Assembly (NCBI RefSeq): GCF_006345805.1
Contig: NC_042997.1
Location: forward strand, 141,856,001 to 141,920,000
Direction: 5' to 3'
DNA: 64,000 nucleotides
Source of the DNA: Octopus sinensis
Lineage: Eukaryota
Of this stretch, positions 11,969-26,599 are shown in pieces (position 1 is the stretch's first letter; the number at the start of each line of letters is the position of its first letter). The notes under the pieces were generated by a model that worked only from the letters and a program-made list of their open reading frames with translations, had not been told where the DNA came from and did not search any database. Both the position numbers and the translations under genes were made by a program.

Positions 11969-12959
11969 TGTCCACGTTTCCATGCTTGCATAGATTAGAG
12001 CGGGTTTTAGTGGAGGCAGATTTCTTCAGCTGGGTGCCCTTCCTGTCATTAACACTCACCTGTTTCCAAGCAAGGTTATATTTTCTCATAGCTAGACGTT
12101 TTGTTTTGTTTTCTTTTTCATGGAAGACTGACAGCAAACTACCTCGCTTGTATGACGATGATGTTCATTTACAACCATCACGCGATGTCTAAACAAGGGT
12201 ACACATAAACAAACACATACACGTACACACAAATGTGTGCGTGTGTATGTATACCTACGGTGGGCTTCTTTTAGTTTCTCTCTACTAAATCCACTTACAT
12301 GGCTTTGGTTGACTTGGAGCTATAGCAGAAGACAAGGTGTCACGCAGTGAGATTTAACATTCAGATTACTATGTCACCTGTAATACTTATTTATTCACAT
12401 TGCTTTGAATTAATTTTATATTATCTTGTAACTTCAAGATTTCAATGATGTGATTATTTAGTTTTAGAATGACATTGTAGATTGAGGTGTGAGAGACCAG
12501 ATTCAGTCATCATCATCATCATCGTTTAACGTCCGTTTTTCATGCTAGCACGGGTTGGACGGTTCAACTGGGGTCTGGGAAGCCAGGAGGCTGCACCAGG
12601 CTCCTGTCTGATCTGGCAGTGTTTCTACAGCTGGATGCCCTTCCTAACGCCAACCACTGTATGAGTGTAGTGGGTGCTTTTTACATGCCACCAGCACAGA
12701 GGTCAGATGGAATTTGTTCTGGAAGATTTTTTTAACAGCTGGATGTTCTTCCTGTTACCAACCCTCACATGTTTCCAAGCAAGGTAATATTTCCCCATGC
12801 CCGAACATGTTTTTCATGGAAGGCTAGAAACATACAACATTTCTTGTATGGTGCCAGTGCTTGCTTACAACCTCAATATCAAGGCAAGGGTACACACACA
12901 CACACACACATACATATATTTATTTGTGTGTGTGTTTGTGTGGAGATTTACAACAATCT

Positions 12960-13430
12960 GGAGTCATGCAACATTGTGTTCCATTCCCAAGAATGGCATC
13001 CTCTCTCATTCTGCCAACTTCTGACCTATTTTCCTCAATCCCAACATCTCAAAGATAATTTAGATGGTTTTAAACAGCCACTTCGTCTTCAGTATATCTC
13101 TCCATTTTTATGCTCCGGGAAAAGAAACAGCATTCCTACAGGCATACAGTGTCCTTTCTTTCTGCTGTTCCTTATGTTACTGTAATGGCCTCTGCTCATC
13201 AGAGCTGGTTGGGCTTATATGCTTTCACTCAGGTTTGCTGACCCACTCATCTCTCCTTTCATCTCCCTTATTCTTACTTCCCAGGCCCTGCACTAAGCAT
13301 TGTGCCTAGTCTTTCCTTCCCAGAATATTGACCCTCTGAAGCTCTCTCTCTCTCTCTCTCTGCTCATGTATTTCCTTAGGTGTTGACTTACAAAAGATTC
13401 AATCAGAATATTAATGGTGTCAACCTTTCC
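12960..13430 (+). mobile_element. Highly decayed LINE (Jockey/CR1-like) 3' fragment
   Basis: Residual YCNGLCSSEL motif typical of the post-RT region. Similar in type to the minus-strand relic at 48090-48945. Confidence 0.45.
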
Positions 13431-14242
13431 AATCTAGGAGGTCAAACCCAGTAAATAAAAAAAGACTTACTGAAAGTGCAATACAGAGAGAACGAACCTG
13501 AAAGCACATAGCTACAAAGCAAACTTCTTAACAACGCAACCAAAAGTTTCCTATCAGACCACTCCATTAAAACATTCTTATCCCAGTAGTGTAGTGATGA
13601 GGAGGAGCTGCCCCATGTCACACTTTTATTAGGGTGGCACTTTTCGGTTTGCTGTATAAGCCTGTATAGACTGTATTGCTCCCAAAATCAGGAGAAAAAC
13701 TCATGGGCTGCTCTGGGTGGCACACATTCTAACTACTCTGCTATCTCTTCCTTCTGTGCATTGATCACTTTTCTATCATACAGATAACACCATCCTCACT
13801 TTTCTTAATCTTCTACATTACTCTTAAACACTTTAAATGTTTGCACTACTTCAGTAGGGACAACGCAACCAGGTCTCCTTTGACAGTACTTAGACATTTA
13901 CTACACAAACAAGGAGACTATCTTGCAACACTGCACTCACTCTATTCACAAACAACACTTAGCTACAACTAGAAGACTAGCCTTCTTCTTCAAAACAAGA
14001 AAAATTCTTGTCCTGAAAAGTAGCTAACCTTCTGCAAAGCTCAAATTAAACCCACAATGTTGTATTGTTCATATATCTGTAGTGGTGTTGCTATTACAAG
14101 TATAAACATCCTAGACAACTACTAACACATAGTAATTTATCTAATTGACAGATTCACTTATCTCCAGCATACCACAATCATTAGCTCACAGACCATTGTT
14201 TTATCTTCCTGCCTCTTCTACTGCTACAATAATGCCTTATAC

Positions 14243-14509
14243 CAGTGGTTTCCAAACTTTTTCACGCTGCCACCCCCTTGGCACCCAGACCACATTCCTA
14301 ACGCCCTCCACCAACTCACCACCACAAATATAGACCATTTTCTGCAGCAAATTCAAAACAACTGTATTTCACAAACAAAACCTAACCTAATTAACCCATC
14401 ATTTTGTTTTTACATCTGTTGACCATCCCCTTATTGACCCCACTTCAGCACTCCACTGAATCTGCACTCCTGCAAGGGGCCACTACCATACCCACTTTGG
14501 GGACCACTG
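14243..14509. mobile_element. hAT-type MITE
   Basis: TIRs CAGTGGTTTCCAAA / TTTGGGGACCACTG. Perfect 8-bp TSD CCTTATAC at 14235-14242 and 14510-14517. Confidence 0.85.
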
Positions 14510-17500
14510 CCTTATACTCTACAGAATTAGCTATCTACTTATGCCCTACTCCTGCTCCCTCAACACACCCATTTCTCCTCTTCTTATGTCCCTATAGCCC
14601 CTCACTCTCAGATTGCACACTAAATACAGTCATTCCTCTCCAAAATCTCAACCCTGTAGAATTGCCTCTCGGGCAATGTTTTATTATACAAGTGTCACTT
14701 TACTGATGTTTAAACCAAACACCCTCTGAGTGAAAGGACCTAGCTATGAACGTATGCTAGATGCTGCATTTCCACTTCAAAAGAACTAATATAAAAACAC
14801 TAAAGAATAATTCACTCTGTAAAATAGTCCACTCTGTAAAGAGGTTGGTGTTAGTAAGGACATCCAAACATAGAAACTGTGCCAAAGTAAACAGTGGAGC
14901 TTGGTGCAGTCCACTGGTTTATTGGCTCCTTATCCATCCAACCCATGCCAGCATGGAAGACAGATGTTAAGTGATGATGATGGCAAATAATTATCATCAC
15001 CATTAACTATGCCTTTCCTCCTTTTGGGGGTCGATAAATTAAGTACCAGTTGCATATTTGGGTCGATCTAATCAACTGACCCCCTCCCCAAAAAAATTTC
15101 AGGTTTTGTGCCTAGAGTAGAAAAGAATTATCATTACCGTTTAATATCCATGTTCCATACTGGTATGAGCTGAACGGTTTAACAGGATCAGATGAGGGTC
15201 CAAGGACTACCTCATACTCTAGTGTCTACTTTGGCATGATTTTTACACCTGGATACCCTTCCTAATGTCGATCACTTTACAGTGTGTATTGGATGCTTTT
15301 TGTGTGTGTGTGTGTGTGTGTATCACTAGCACTAATGAGGTCACCATGCAGCTCACAAATCTGCAAAACCCAAAGAAGAAGGAGGGATGTCTTTATGCTA
15401 GATGGAAGTTAAGATATGAGAGCAGGAAGTGGGGTAAAGTAGGTTCTTGTTGTAGAAGAGCAACATGGCTACTCACATTTAGAGAAGAGATTGAGAATGA
15501 ATCAGTAGTAGCTGCAAAGAGATAAATAGTAGTTAGTGTTGAGATGTCCAGGTACTACCTCAAGGGATGATGTAAGTGGTAACAGAGAAGCTAAGAGTGC
15601 AAATGTGTGGGCTTACAAGAGTAAATGGTGGAAATAAGAGATAGGAAAAATGGGAGAGGAAAGGTAGGCAACATCTGTAAAGATTGGGTTTGGCTGAAGA
15701 GTGGATGGACAGAAAGATAGATATGGGGAAGGGGGATGGCCAGTCATGCATGAGTTGGAGGAGATAGAGGAATGCAAGCAACAGGAGAGTAATGATGGTA
15801 CAGTTGGCAGGAGATGGAGACGAGATGACATGTTTAGGTAGGCTACAGGAGAGAGGGAGAAAAACAGAGAGGCATAGTGCATAAGGAGAGATAATTAGGT
15901 GGTCCAGTGGTGGGAGAGGGGATGATACAAAGTTATGTTAGTTGCTATGTTAATATAATGAACTTGTATACAGTACTCAGGTGCTCGACAACTCATCAGA
16001 AAAAGTAACCAAAATTGTATGAGTAATGCACAAGAAAGGAACAGTGAATGAGTCTTAAAAAAGAAAAACACGGGGCGAGGGGCATCAGATGCTGGTGAAT
16101 TTCAGGAAGCATGGAAGTTTTGAAGAGTGTAGTGTCTGAACAGCTAACAACTGATGCAGGTAGTTTATTCTCTACTTCAGTAATTCTGAGTGTGGTAGTT
16201 CTGAGTTCAAAATCTGCCATGGTCAACTTTACCTTTCATCCTTTCAGGGTTGATAATTAAGTCCCAAACAAGTACTGGGGTCAATGAAATCAACTAGCCC
16301 CCTACCCCAAAATTTCAGGCCTTGTGCCTATAGTAGAAAAGAATATTAGATATGGCCATAAAGCTTGGCAGATCTATAGTCTTATCCCTCATGCTAGGTG
16401 CAAATAAATAATAGATAGTATAGTGCTTGTTGTGTTGTGTAAGTTCAGTACAGTTTAGAAATCTATTGTGCATCAAAGATAGGCTCATGTAAGAGAAACA
16501 ATTAAAATGGTATTGACACCCATCCTAGCATGGAAATGGATATTAAATGATAAGAGGAGAAATATTTGAGGAAACAGCAATGTGAATTAATAATGAAAAG
16601 TAACCAGAGTGGAAGTAGAACAAGGCAGATTTTTAATAACGCTTAAACCCACATATGTCTATTGTATAAGATTTTGAGAAAATGCTCAATAACTCAACTT
16701 ACTATTATGTTTTTTATAGTAGCATTATATTAACAAACAACAGCAGTCTTTTGTGAAGCACATTCTTAAAATACTTTCCCAACTAATTCTGTTTTATTAA
16801 TACTAGTTATGTAGCCAATAATATTTTACTTATAAACTTTGTTAATAGGATCCTGTATATAATAGCAGTGCATTGGGTGAATGAGTCAGTCAGACAAAAT
16901 ACCTTGTGGTGTTTAATTACATACCTCTACATGAAGGTTGAATTTTACCTTTCATTCTTCGTGAAATAATAAAATACCAGTAAAATACCATCTTTTATCT
17001 TTTACTTGTTTCGGTTGTTAGATTGTGGCCATGCTGGGGCACCACCTTGAAGAATTTTTTGTTGGATGAATTGCTCCCGATACTTTCTTTTTTGTAAGCC
17101 TGGTATTTATTCTATTGGTCTCTTTTGTTGAACTGCTAAGTTACAGCGACATAAACACACTAACACCAGTTGTCAGGTTGTAGTGGGGGGGGGCAAACAC
17201 AGACACAAAGACACACATAGATATATATTTATATAACAGACTTCTTTCAGTTTCCATTTTCCAAATTCACTCACAAGGTTTTAGTCAGCCCAAGGCTATA
17301 GCAGAAGATACTTGCCCAAGGTACCATGCAGTGGTACTGAATCCAGAACCATGTGGTTGGGAAGCAAGCTTCTTACCATACTGCCATGCCTGCACAATGC
17401 TCAGGATAATCAACAGTTTTCCTTCTATCAAAAATGTGTAACCTTTTGCCTAAAGGAGAAAACAGTATTATTGTTCTAAATGAGTGTAGTTCTGAAGAGA

Positions 17501-17518
17501 TTCCTTACTACCTTTTAA

Positions 17519-17987
17519 CCCTTTCGATACCAACCTGTTTCTTTACTACCCACAAGGGGCTAAACACAGAGAGGACAAACAAGGACAGACAAATGGATTA
17601 AGTTGATTACACTGACCCCAGTGTGTAACTGGTACTTAATTTATCGACCCCAAAAGGATGAAAGGCAAAGTCAACCTCGGTGGAATTTGAACTCAGAACG
17701 TAACGGCAGACAAAATACAGCTACGCATTTCGCCCGGTGCGCTAACGATTCTGCCAGCTCGCCACCTTTTTCGATACCAACCTAGCTGAAACCACATCTA
17801 GCTCTGTAGTACAAATGTCTTGACTTCATAAGTTCTGAATTAAAATCTTCAACCAAACCTTAGTCACAATTTATGTTCCTAACACTAGCTTAATGATAAC
17901 TAAGTTATTTTACTAAATTCTTTGTTATATTTAAAATTAATTAAAAGAAACACAGAGCATCTCAAAATAAATACGGTAACAAAAGGG
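17519..17987. mobile_element. piggyBac-type MITE containing a nested SINE
   Basis: TTAA TSDs at 17515-17518 and 17988-17991. TIRs CCCTTTCGATACC / GGTAACAAAAGGG. Confidence 0.8.
17537..17768 (-). mobile_element. Deu/Nin-domain SINE, full length
   Basis: Head GGTGGCGAGCTGGCAGAATCGTTAGC, B-box GAGTTCAAATTCC, domain CTTTGCCTTTCATCCTTTTGGGGTCGATAAATTAAGTACCAG. 15-bp TSD TTTCGATACCAACCT at 17522-17536 and 17769-17783. Confidence 0.85.
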
Positions 17988-18922
17988 TTAAGGGACATTT
18001 AAGAGTCATAAAGTGGATGGCGAACAATACATTTATTTTAAATTTCATTGTTTGTATGATTAAAAGGCTTGCTTCCCAACCATATTGTTTTAGGTTCAGT
18101 CCTACTGCAGGGTAGTTTGGCATAGTGTCTTCCACTATAGCCCCAGGTCAACCAAAGCCTTGTGAGTGGATTTTGTAGACAGAAAATGGAAGAAACGCAT
18201 TGTGTGTGTGTGTTTGTCCTTTTTGAGTTTGCCCTTCACTATTACTTGACACCTGGTGTTGGTTAGTTTAAGTCCCCATAACTTAACAGTTTACCCAAAG
18301 AGATCAATAGAATAAGTACCAGATTTAAGAATAAGATTTGTTCAACTAAAGTTCTTCAGGGTGGTACCCCAGCATGGGTAGACTGAAACATGTAGAAGAT
18401 AGAAGACAGAAGGATAAAAGTTGGTCGTTAGTAAGTGTCCAAATGTTTTAGGTAGAAGTTCAGTGAGAAAGATTGAATAAGACTGCTTAACGTGAGGTAA
18501 AGTGTTTTTCGCTTTGTCTGAAATTATATAAAAATTAATATGTTGTGTAAAATTGTCTATTTATTGATCCAAGCAACTTATGTACGTCTTAACTTTCTAA
18601 ATACAGAGAGAAAAATCAATCAATAAGAAAAATGTTTTTAGATTATGTGTCTGTGTATGAGAAAAAAAAAATCAGATATTGAGTGGAGCAATATGTCAAT
18701 AAATACCTAAAGGTTGAACTCAGAATGAGATGGTTGGGTGCAACTTTTTGGATACTGATGATTTAACACGGCTGACTGGACATTCAGTCTGATTTAGCCA
18801 CAGTACTTTTTGAGAGTGGAAGCAAACGCACACACATATATACGCACATGCAGCATTATACACCTACAGATAGAAAGAGTGAGAGAGAGGCATTACAATT
18901 TATTGACATGATTGCCATAGAC

Positions 18923-19298
18923 AGGTGCAGGAGTGGCTGTGCGGTAAGTAGCTTGCTTACGAACCACATGGTTCTGGGTTCAGTCCCACGGCGTGGCACC
19001 TTGGGCAAGTGTCTTTTACTATAGTCTCGGGCCGACCAAAGCCTTGTGAGTGGATTTGATAGATGGAAACTGAAAGAAGCCCGTCGTATATATGTTTGTG
19101 TGTCTGTGTTTGTCTACCCCCAACATCGCTTGACAACCAATGGTAGTGTGTTTATGTCCCCGTAACTTAGTGGTTCAACAAAAGAGACCGGTAGAATAAA
19201 TAATTGGCTTACAAAGAATAAGTCCTGGGGTCGATTTGCTCAACTAAAGGTGGTGCTCCAGCATGGCCACAGTCACATGACTGAAACAAGTAAAGAGA
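18923..19298 (+). mobile_element. CORE-type SINE, near full length
   Basis: Same family as 751-1176. Confidence 0.8.
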
Positions 19299-21559
19299 AA
19301 GAGACACTTTCTCATACACATAGGTAAATATACTCACACACATAACTAGAGAGGGAGAAAGAGCAGGATAGAGTGGAAGGAGTTAAAACGTCTGATGTCA
19401 AATAAGTCAGCACTGAATCAGCAACTCCAAATAGACAGTCTCATATGTGGTTGAGCTGGATCAGACGTTAAAGTACTTGATGCTTTATAGTGTCTAGTCT
19501 AATACCTAGTTCAAATCTTGCTGATATCAACTATTTTTTTTCATTCTCCTGGGGCTAATAAAATAAGTACCAATACAATATCATAAAAGTTACTTAGAGT
19601 TTTTCTTAAGTATTTAAAAACTTTTTTAGCCTTTAGCTCCGGCAAAGCTATTCTAGGACTGTGGAGTTGGTACACAAAATTATTGACTCTGACTCCTCAA
19701 TTTTAATTACCTCTGGTTCTGACTCCTCAACTTGTAATTAGAATAATTGTACATTCCTTATGTTGATTAATAGTATACAACTTACATGACCAAAGTAGGT
19801 TACTTTTTATCACCCTAATCTATTAAAGGTTATAGCTGTGATGTTATCTATCAAAGAACTTTCACTTGATATAACCCTTCAGCATTTAAACTGGCCCAGA
19901 TATTCTACCTGTTTTATGTTCAAACTGGCCAGATCTGACACCTTGTACCTACCCTACAATGTCATTCTAAAAATAAACATTCATATCATTAAAATTTCAA
20001 AGCTATGAGATGATGCACAATTAATTAAATACAATGTGAATAAATAAACATTACATTTGATGAATGGTTTAGTGGTTTGGGCATTCAGCTCATGATCATA
20101 AGGCCATGAGTTCAATTCCCAACGACACATTGTGTCCTTGAGCAAGACACTTTATTACACGTTTTCTCCAGTCCACTCAGCTGACAAAAATGAGTAGTAC
20201 CTGTATTTCAAAGGGTCGGCCTTGTCATACTCTGTGTCACGCTGAATCTCCCTGAGAACTAAGTTAAGGGTACACAGGTTCATGGAGTGTTCAGTCATCT
20301 ACATGTTAATTTCATGAGCAAGCTATTCCATTGATCGTATCAGCTGGGACCCTCGTCATCGTGACCGATAGAGTGCCCCTACACCTACATTTGGCAGAGT
20401 AATCTGAATGTTAAAGGGTTAAACATAAACACAAGCATGGCTATGGAGGTTAAGAAGCTCACTTTGCAACTACATAGTTTTGGGTTCAGTCCCATTGTGC
20501 AGCACCATGGGCAAGTTTGTCATTGTCCCCACCACCACTTGACAACCAGTGTTGGTTTGTTTACATCTACATAACTTAGTGGTTCAGCAAAAGGGACTGA
20601 TAGGATAAGCACCAGACTTTAATAAAAAATAAGTACTTGGGTCAATTTTCAAGAAAGTGCTCCAGCTTGGTCACAGTCCAATAACTGAATCAAGAAAAAG
20701 ATAAAAGATAAAGAAACACTACATCTATTGAAGAGGGATTAAATAAAAAATCCATATCCAAAGTTTACTAATCTTAAAACCAGAATTGCTTCTACTAGGT
20801 CCTCTTTCATTGGAGCCATTAAATCTAATTTGCATATTTTCAAATTAGTATTTTTGAAATTAATCAAATTAGTACCTGTGAAATTGAAAGTTTTAGTTCA
20901 TTATATTACATTTTACATTTCAATTTATCATACAATAGTCAGTTTCATTATCACTCCTTATGTCAACCCCTGATATTTTTCGTTATGGAATCAATGAAGC
21001 AAAGCTACATACTTTCACAAATACAATGCATTAACCCTTTTAATATTAAACCCCCTGAGACTGCCCTTGGTTCTGTTATGCAAACTCTCTGTTAAAATGA
21101 TTTAAATTAAAATCTTCCATCAAAATTTCATGGAGATTTATGTTCCAAACATCAGATTAATAATGACAGAATTATTTTACTAAATTTTTAATTATTTTCA
21201 AAATTAATTTAAAATAAAGGCAGTGTATGTCTACAGAAATATGGTAATGACTGAGTTAAATATATTGGTTTTGAATTTTGAAACAAGGCCAGGAGTTTAG
21301 GGGGAAAGGGTTAAATTAACTAAATCGACTCTACTGCTACTTATTTTATTGACCCCTAAAGGATGAAAGGCAAAGTCAACCCCAACAGAATTTGAACTCA
21401 GAGCTTAAAGACAGACAAAATGCTACTGAACATTTTGTCCAGCATGCTAACAATTCAGCCTGCTCACCACCTTAAAAGGGTTAAATATTTTAACCCCTAA
21501 CTTAACCATTTTACATTCTTCTTTGAAAAGTTTAACTTTTCTTGACATCTTTTCTTTCT

Positions 21560-21885
21560 TTTTCTTTTATTCTTTTGCTCATTTTTTGTAAGCCTGATAC
21601 TTCTTCTATCAGTCTCTTTACTGAACCACTAAGTTACGAGGACATAAACACACTAACATCGGTTGGCAAACGATAGTGGGAGGGAAAAATACAAACACAC
21701 ACACACACATATATATATACGATGGGCTTCTTTCAGTTTCCATCTACCAAATCCACACACAAGCCTTTTGTCAGCCCGAGGCTATAGTAGAAGACACTTG
21801 CCCAAGGTGCCACACAGTGGGACTGAACCTGGAACCATGTGGTTGGAAAGCACACTTCTTATCATACAGCCACGTCTGCGCCTGC
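21560..21885 (-). mobile_element. CORE-type SINE (antisense)
   Basis: Reverse complement of the 751-1176 family. Confidence 0.75.
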
Positions 21886-22351
21886 AGTTCTATATGAACT
21901 TTTGGAGAAGAATGCTTCCAAGAATAGTTCATAGAATATTGGTTTCAGATTCTGGCACAAGGCCAGCAATTTCAGGGAAGGAAGAAGTTGATTACATTGA
22001 CCCCAGTATTCAACTGGTACTTATTTTATTAACCCCAACAGGAGAAAAGGCAAAATCGACCTCAACTGAATTTGAACTCAGATTGTAAAGATGGGTGAAA
22101 TGCCACTAACCATTTTCCCCAGTATACTTTGTACTATAGGCACAATGCCTGAAATTTGGGAGAGGGGGATAATTGATTACATCGACCCCTTAATTTGAAC
22201 TCAGAATGTAGTGGCAGATGAAATACCACTAAGCATTTCAGCCAGCATGCTAACGACTCTGCCAGCTCACCACCTTTTGCTCAGTATACTTACGATTCTG
22301 CCAGCTTGCTACCTTAGTTTGTAGAAATATTAAGTTTAATTCAATATGAAT

Positions 22352-22722
22352 AGACGGAGGAGTGGCTGTGTGGTAAGTAGCTTGCTTACCAACCACATGG
22401 TTCCGGGTTCAGTCCCACTGCGTGGCACCTTGAGCAAGTGTCTTCTACTATAGCCTCGGGCCGACCAAAGCCTTGTGAGTGGATTTGGTAGACGGAAACT
22501 GAAAGAAGCCCGTCGTATATATGTATGTGTGTGTATATATTTGTGTGTCTGTGTTTGTTCCCCCAACATCGCTTGACAATCGATGCTGGTGTGTTTACGT
22601 CTCCATAACTTAGCGGTTCGGCAAAAGAGACTGATAGAATAAGTACTAGGCTTACAAAGAATAAGTCCTGGGGTCGATTTGCTCGACTAAAGGCGGTGCT
22701 CCAGCATGGCCACAGTAAAAGA
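22352..22722 (+). mobile_element. CORE-type SINE, young copy
   Basis: Same family, and it retains many CpGs (e.g. GGTTCCGGG, CCTCGGGCCGACC, GGGGTCGATTTGCTCGAC). Confidence 0.85.
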
Positions 22723-23249
22723 GTATGAACAGGTCATCATCATCACCATTTTGATATTCACTTTTCCATGCTTGCAACGGTCAGATTTTCTAAAACAGGA
22801 TACTCTTCCTGTTGCTAACCCTCACCTGTTTCTGAACATGGTCATATGTCCCTTAATTCTTCAAATATGACTACCTCAATGACCAGACATCGTTACATGG
22901 AAGATTGATAGGATTAACTGAACAACATGCTTGTGAAATTAATGTGCAAGTGGCTGAGCACTGCACTCTTCAGACATGCGTATCCTTAATGTAGTTCTCA
23001 GGGAGATTCAGTGACATGGAATGTAACAAGGCTGGCCCTTTTTAACAGGCTTCAACCATCAAATTACAGCTCAAAAATATACCCTAACCTGCAGCAGCCA
23101 TTTCAAAATGTTGATTTACTTGAAGTTGAGAAACATTTCAAAAATTCTTTTATTTCTTTCTACTTTGATTGAGTAACAACGCTATTTTCTAACTCTTAAA
23201 AATAACTAACTTTATTTTTCCGACAGTGTGCAGCAGACCTGCAAAGTAC

Positions 23250-23457
23250 ACAACTCACACACACACACACACACACTCACACACAGATACATACTTTTAC
23301 ACACACACACTCACACTCATACACACACTCACACCCTTTCTCTCTCACACTTAGACACACACACGCACACACACAAATACATGCTTTTACACACACTCTC
23401 TCTCTCTCACACTCATACACTTACACACACACAAATACATACTTTTACTCACACTCT

Positions 23458-23508
<51 letters not shown>
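23250..23508. repeat. Compound (CA)n/(CT)n microsatellite with a recurring ACAAATACATACTTTTAC-like unit
   Basis: Directly visible. Confidence 0.9.
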
Positions 23509-23510
<2 letters not shown>

Positions 23511-26401
23511 GACTGGATGATGAACAACAAGCTATTCACTATGAATGAGTTTTACATTTCCTTTTCACTTCTGTTCCTTTCTCAGATTGAATGACAGACA
23601 TACCAGTCAGTTGCATATTATAAGAGTGTCTACTGTCTCTACCACCACCACCACCACCACCACTACTATTAATTTGTATTTCTGTTGCTGTAGTTAAAAG
23701 CTAGTGTTAACATGTTTAAAGCAATGACCATAAAAAGATCTAATTAAAATTAATTATATGATGAGTAAAAGACATATGCTCATTGACTACTATTTATTTT
23801 AATCATTTTATACAATTATAAGAAACAACTTCACATATATTTCAGTCTTATTAAACCTCATCATCAAGCTTACTGAAATATTGGTTTCACATTTTGGCAC
23901 AAGGCCATACATTTCAGGAAAGGGGATTAAGTTTTATTATATCGACCCTAATGTTCAACTGGCACTTATTTTATTGACCCTGAAAGGATAAAAAACAAAG
24001 TAGACCTCAGCAGAATTTGAACTCTGAACATGAAAATGGATGAAATGCTGCTAAGCATTTTGCCCAGCAGGCTAACAATTCTGCCAGCTTGGTGCCTTAA
24101 TGCTTACTGGAATATTAATAACAGAATCACTATATAAATGTACAATACTGTACATGAGTAGATGTTAGATGTGAAATATATTTAAAAATAAATGACAAAT
24201 ATTTATTATTGCTATACCTCTCCTTAATTGGGCTATAGTCATCAATAGCTAATTAGCATATAAGTGGATGCTTTTTATATGGTACTGGCACTACTGGTAA
24301 CCTCACAAGTGTTGGAGCCTTGTAAAATTTACTCAGTACATTCTATGAAATGGTTTGCATTAGGAAGGTCATCCAGTCATAGAAACTATGCTGAAGCAGG
24401 TGTTGCAGCTTGATTCAGTCCTCTGGCTTATCAACTCCTGTCAAAACATCCAACCCATGCCAGCATGGAAAATGAACATTAAACAGTGATGATGTGGTGC
24501 AACCAGATGGGTTTTTTACAAAAACTAATGTCATTGAACTTGTAAAGAGAAATTGCAAGCAAAATAATTTAAAAAATCAAATAGTTGGAAAATATTTACA
24601 ATTAAGACTTCCTCCATTTTTCTTTTTTTTTTCTTTATGATGGAAAATGTCCGCTTCCCATTCTGGCATGGGTTGGACGGTTTGACTGAGGACTGGCAAG
24701 CCAGAGGTCTGCACCTAGCTCCAATCTGATCTGATAAGGTTTCTACAGCTGGATACCCTTCCTAACGCCAACTACTCCGAGAGTGTAGTGGGTGCTTTTT
24801 ATGTGTCACCAGCATGGGGCCAGTCAGGCTGCACTGGCATCAACCCTGCTCAAATAGTGCTTTTTACATGCCACCAGCAAGGAACCCAGTTAGGCAGCAC
24901 TGGTATTGACCACGCTTGTATAGTGCTTTTTTATGTGCCACCAGCACGGGAGCCAGTTGACCATACTCAAATGGTGCTTTTTACATTCCACCAGCACGGG
25001 TGTTTGTCAGTCAGAACTGGCATCAGCCACGACAATGATTTCACTTGACTCAACAGGTCTTCTCAAGCACAGCGCATTGCCTAATGATTGTAGAGTATTC
25101 TTAAATGGACTGGTTATGCAACACTGGCATAGGCCATGGTCTTGCCAGGTCTTCTCAAACATATCCTCCCACAAAATTTCAGGCTTTTGCCTGTAGTAGA
25201 AAGGATTATGATGATGATGGTGGTGGTGGTGGCATTGGTGATAACATTTATTTTACATGTTAGTATTCATAACAGCCAGTAGTGTACAATATATTCAAAT
25301 ATTGATTTCTTACATTAGTATAATGCTAGAGATTTGGTGGGAGGGGAAAGGAACAGTCAATTATATTGAGCCAGTACTTGACTGGCACTTCACTTTATCG
25401 ATCTTAAGAGAATGAAAGGCAAATATCAGGCACAGTTTTCTCATTTTGTTTTCAAAACAATTTATCTTTCATTCTCATATTCAAAATAAATTTCTTATAA
25501 TCGTGTAATGGAATGAAAGTGTGGATTACATCTAGTTTAACCTTCCATCTTTAATGTTACTTCTGTTGGCATTTAATTTGTATTATAGTATTGGTTATAT
25601 TCAAGAACTGATTATGAATTTTATATGAATATGCTCTACACTATAGCATAATAGCAACTTAACAGATTAACAAATTATATATATATATATGTATATACAT
25701 TCCTATATATCATATATACACACACATACACACACTCAGGGAAGAGTCAAAAGGTAACAGAAATAAAGATTGCATTATTTTTTGATTCACCCTTGTGTGT
25801 GCATGTACATGTACACACACACGTGTGTGTGTGTGTGTATATATATATATGTTTCCTTTTCTATTTATGTAAGGGGAAATTTGAACAAATTATTTATCAT
25901 GTATGCCACCCATCAAATTTGCTATTCTAATTCTTGCCACTGGTCTCTTTGACACAGTTCGAATGAGATGAGATATAAAAAAAACTGAGCAGAAGTGGAA
26001 TCAGATGTAGTGTGCAAGAGAGAAGACTGCTTTCATATGAACATATGATGAATATTAAAGGGGACAATTGTATAAGGAAGTGCTATGTGTTTAATAGGAA
26101 GGGGATCTGTGGAAGAAGGAGACTGAGAAAGAATTAGAACAATGTGGAAAGAAAGATCTGATGTTATGTCACACAACACAGAGTTGACAAAGAACTGGCG
26201 TTCTGTACATGGGAAGACTCACCTGTCCTTGCAGGCTGAACAAAACAGATGTTAAAATTGTTTGTTTGTGTGTGTGTGTTGTGTTATTGTCATCAATCAT
26301 TTTACATCTTCTTTCTATGATGGAATGGGCTGCATGGAACCCTAAAGTCAGAATCAGCACATATTCAGGTTTCCCCAAGCTTTGTAAGTGGAATTAAGGA
26401 G

Positions 26402-26599
26402 ACAGAAACTGCAAAATACCTGTTGAATTGATGATACCTGTTCTAGGGTGATAGATTTTATTTGGCATCCAGTTTAATCACCACCACCTAACACTTGGGT
26501 ACCCTCGTGTTAGGTGGTGGTGATTAAACTGGATGCCAAATAAAATCTATCACCCTAGAACAGGTATCATCAATTCAACAGGTATTTTGCAGTTTCTGT
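26402..26599. repeat. Perfect 93-bp inverted repeat (12-nt spacer) in GID4 intron 1
   Basis: 26402-26494 is the exact reverse complement of 26507-26599. Spacer is TTGGGTACCCTC. An overlapping 28-bp tandem duplication follows (26577-26604 / 26605-26632). Confidence 0.95.
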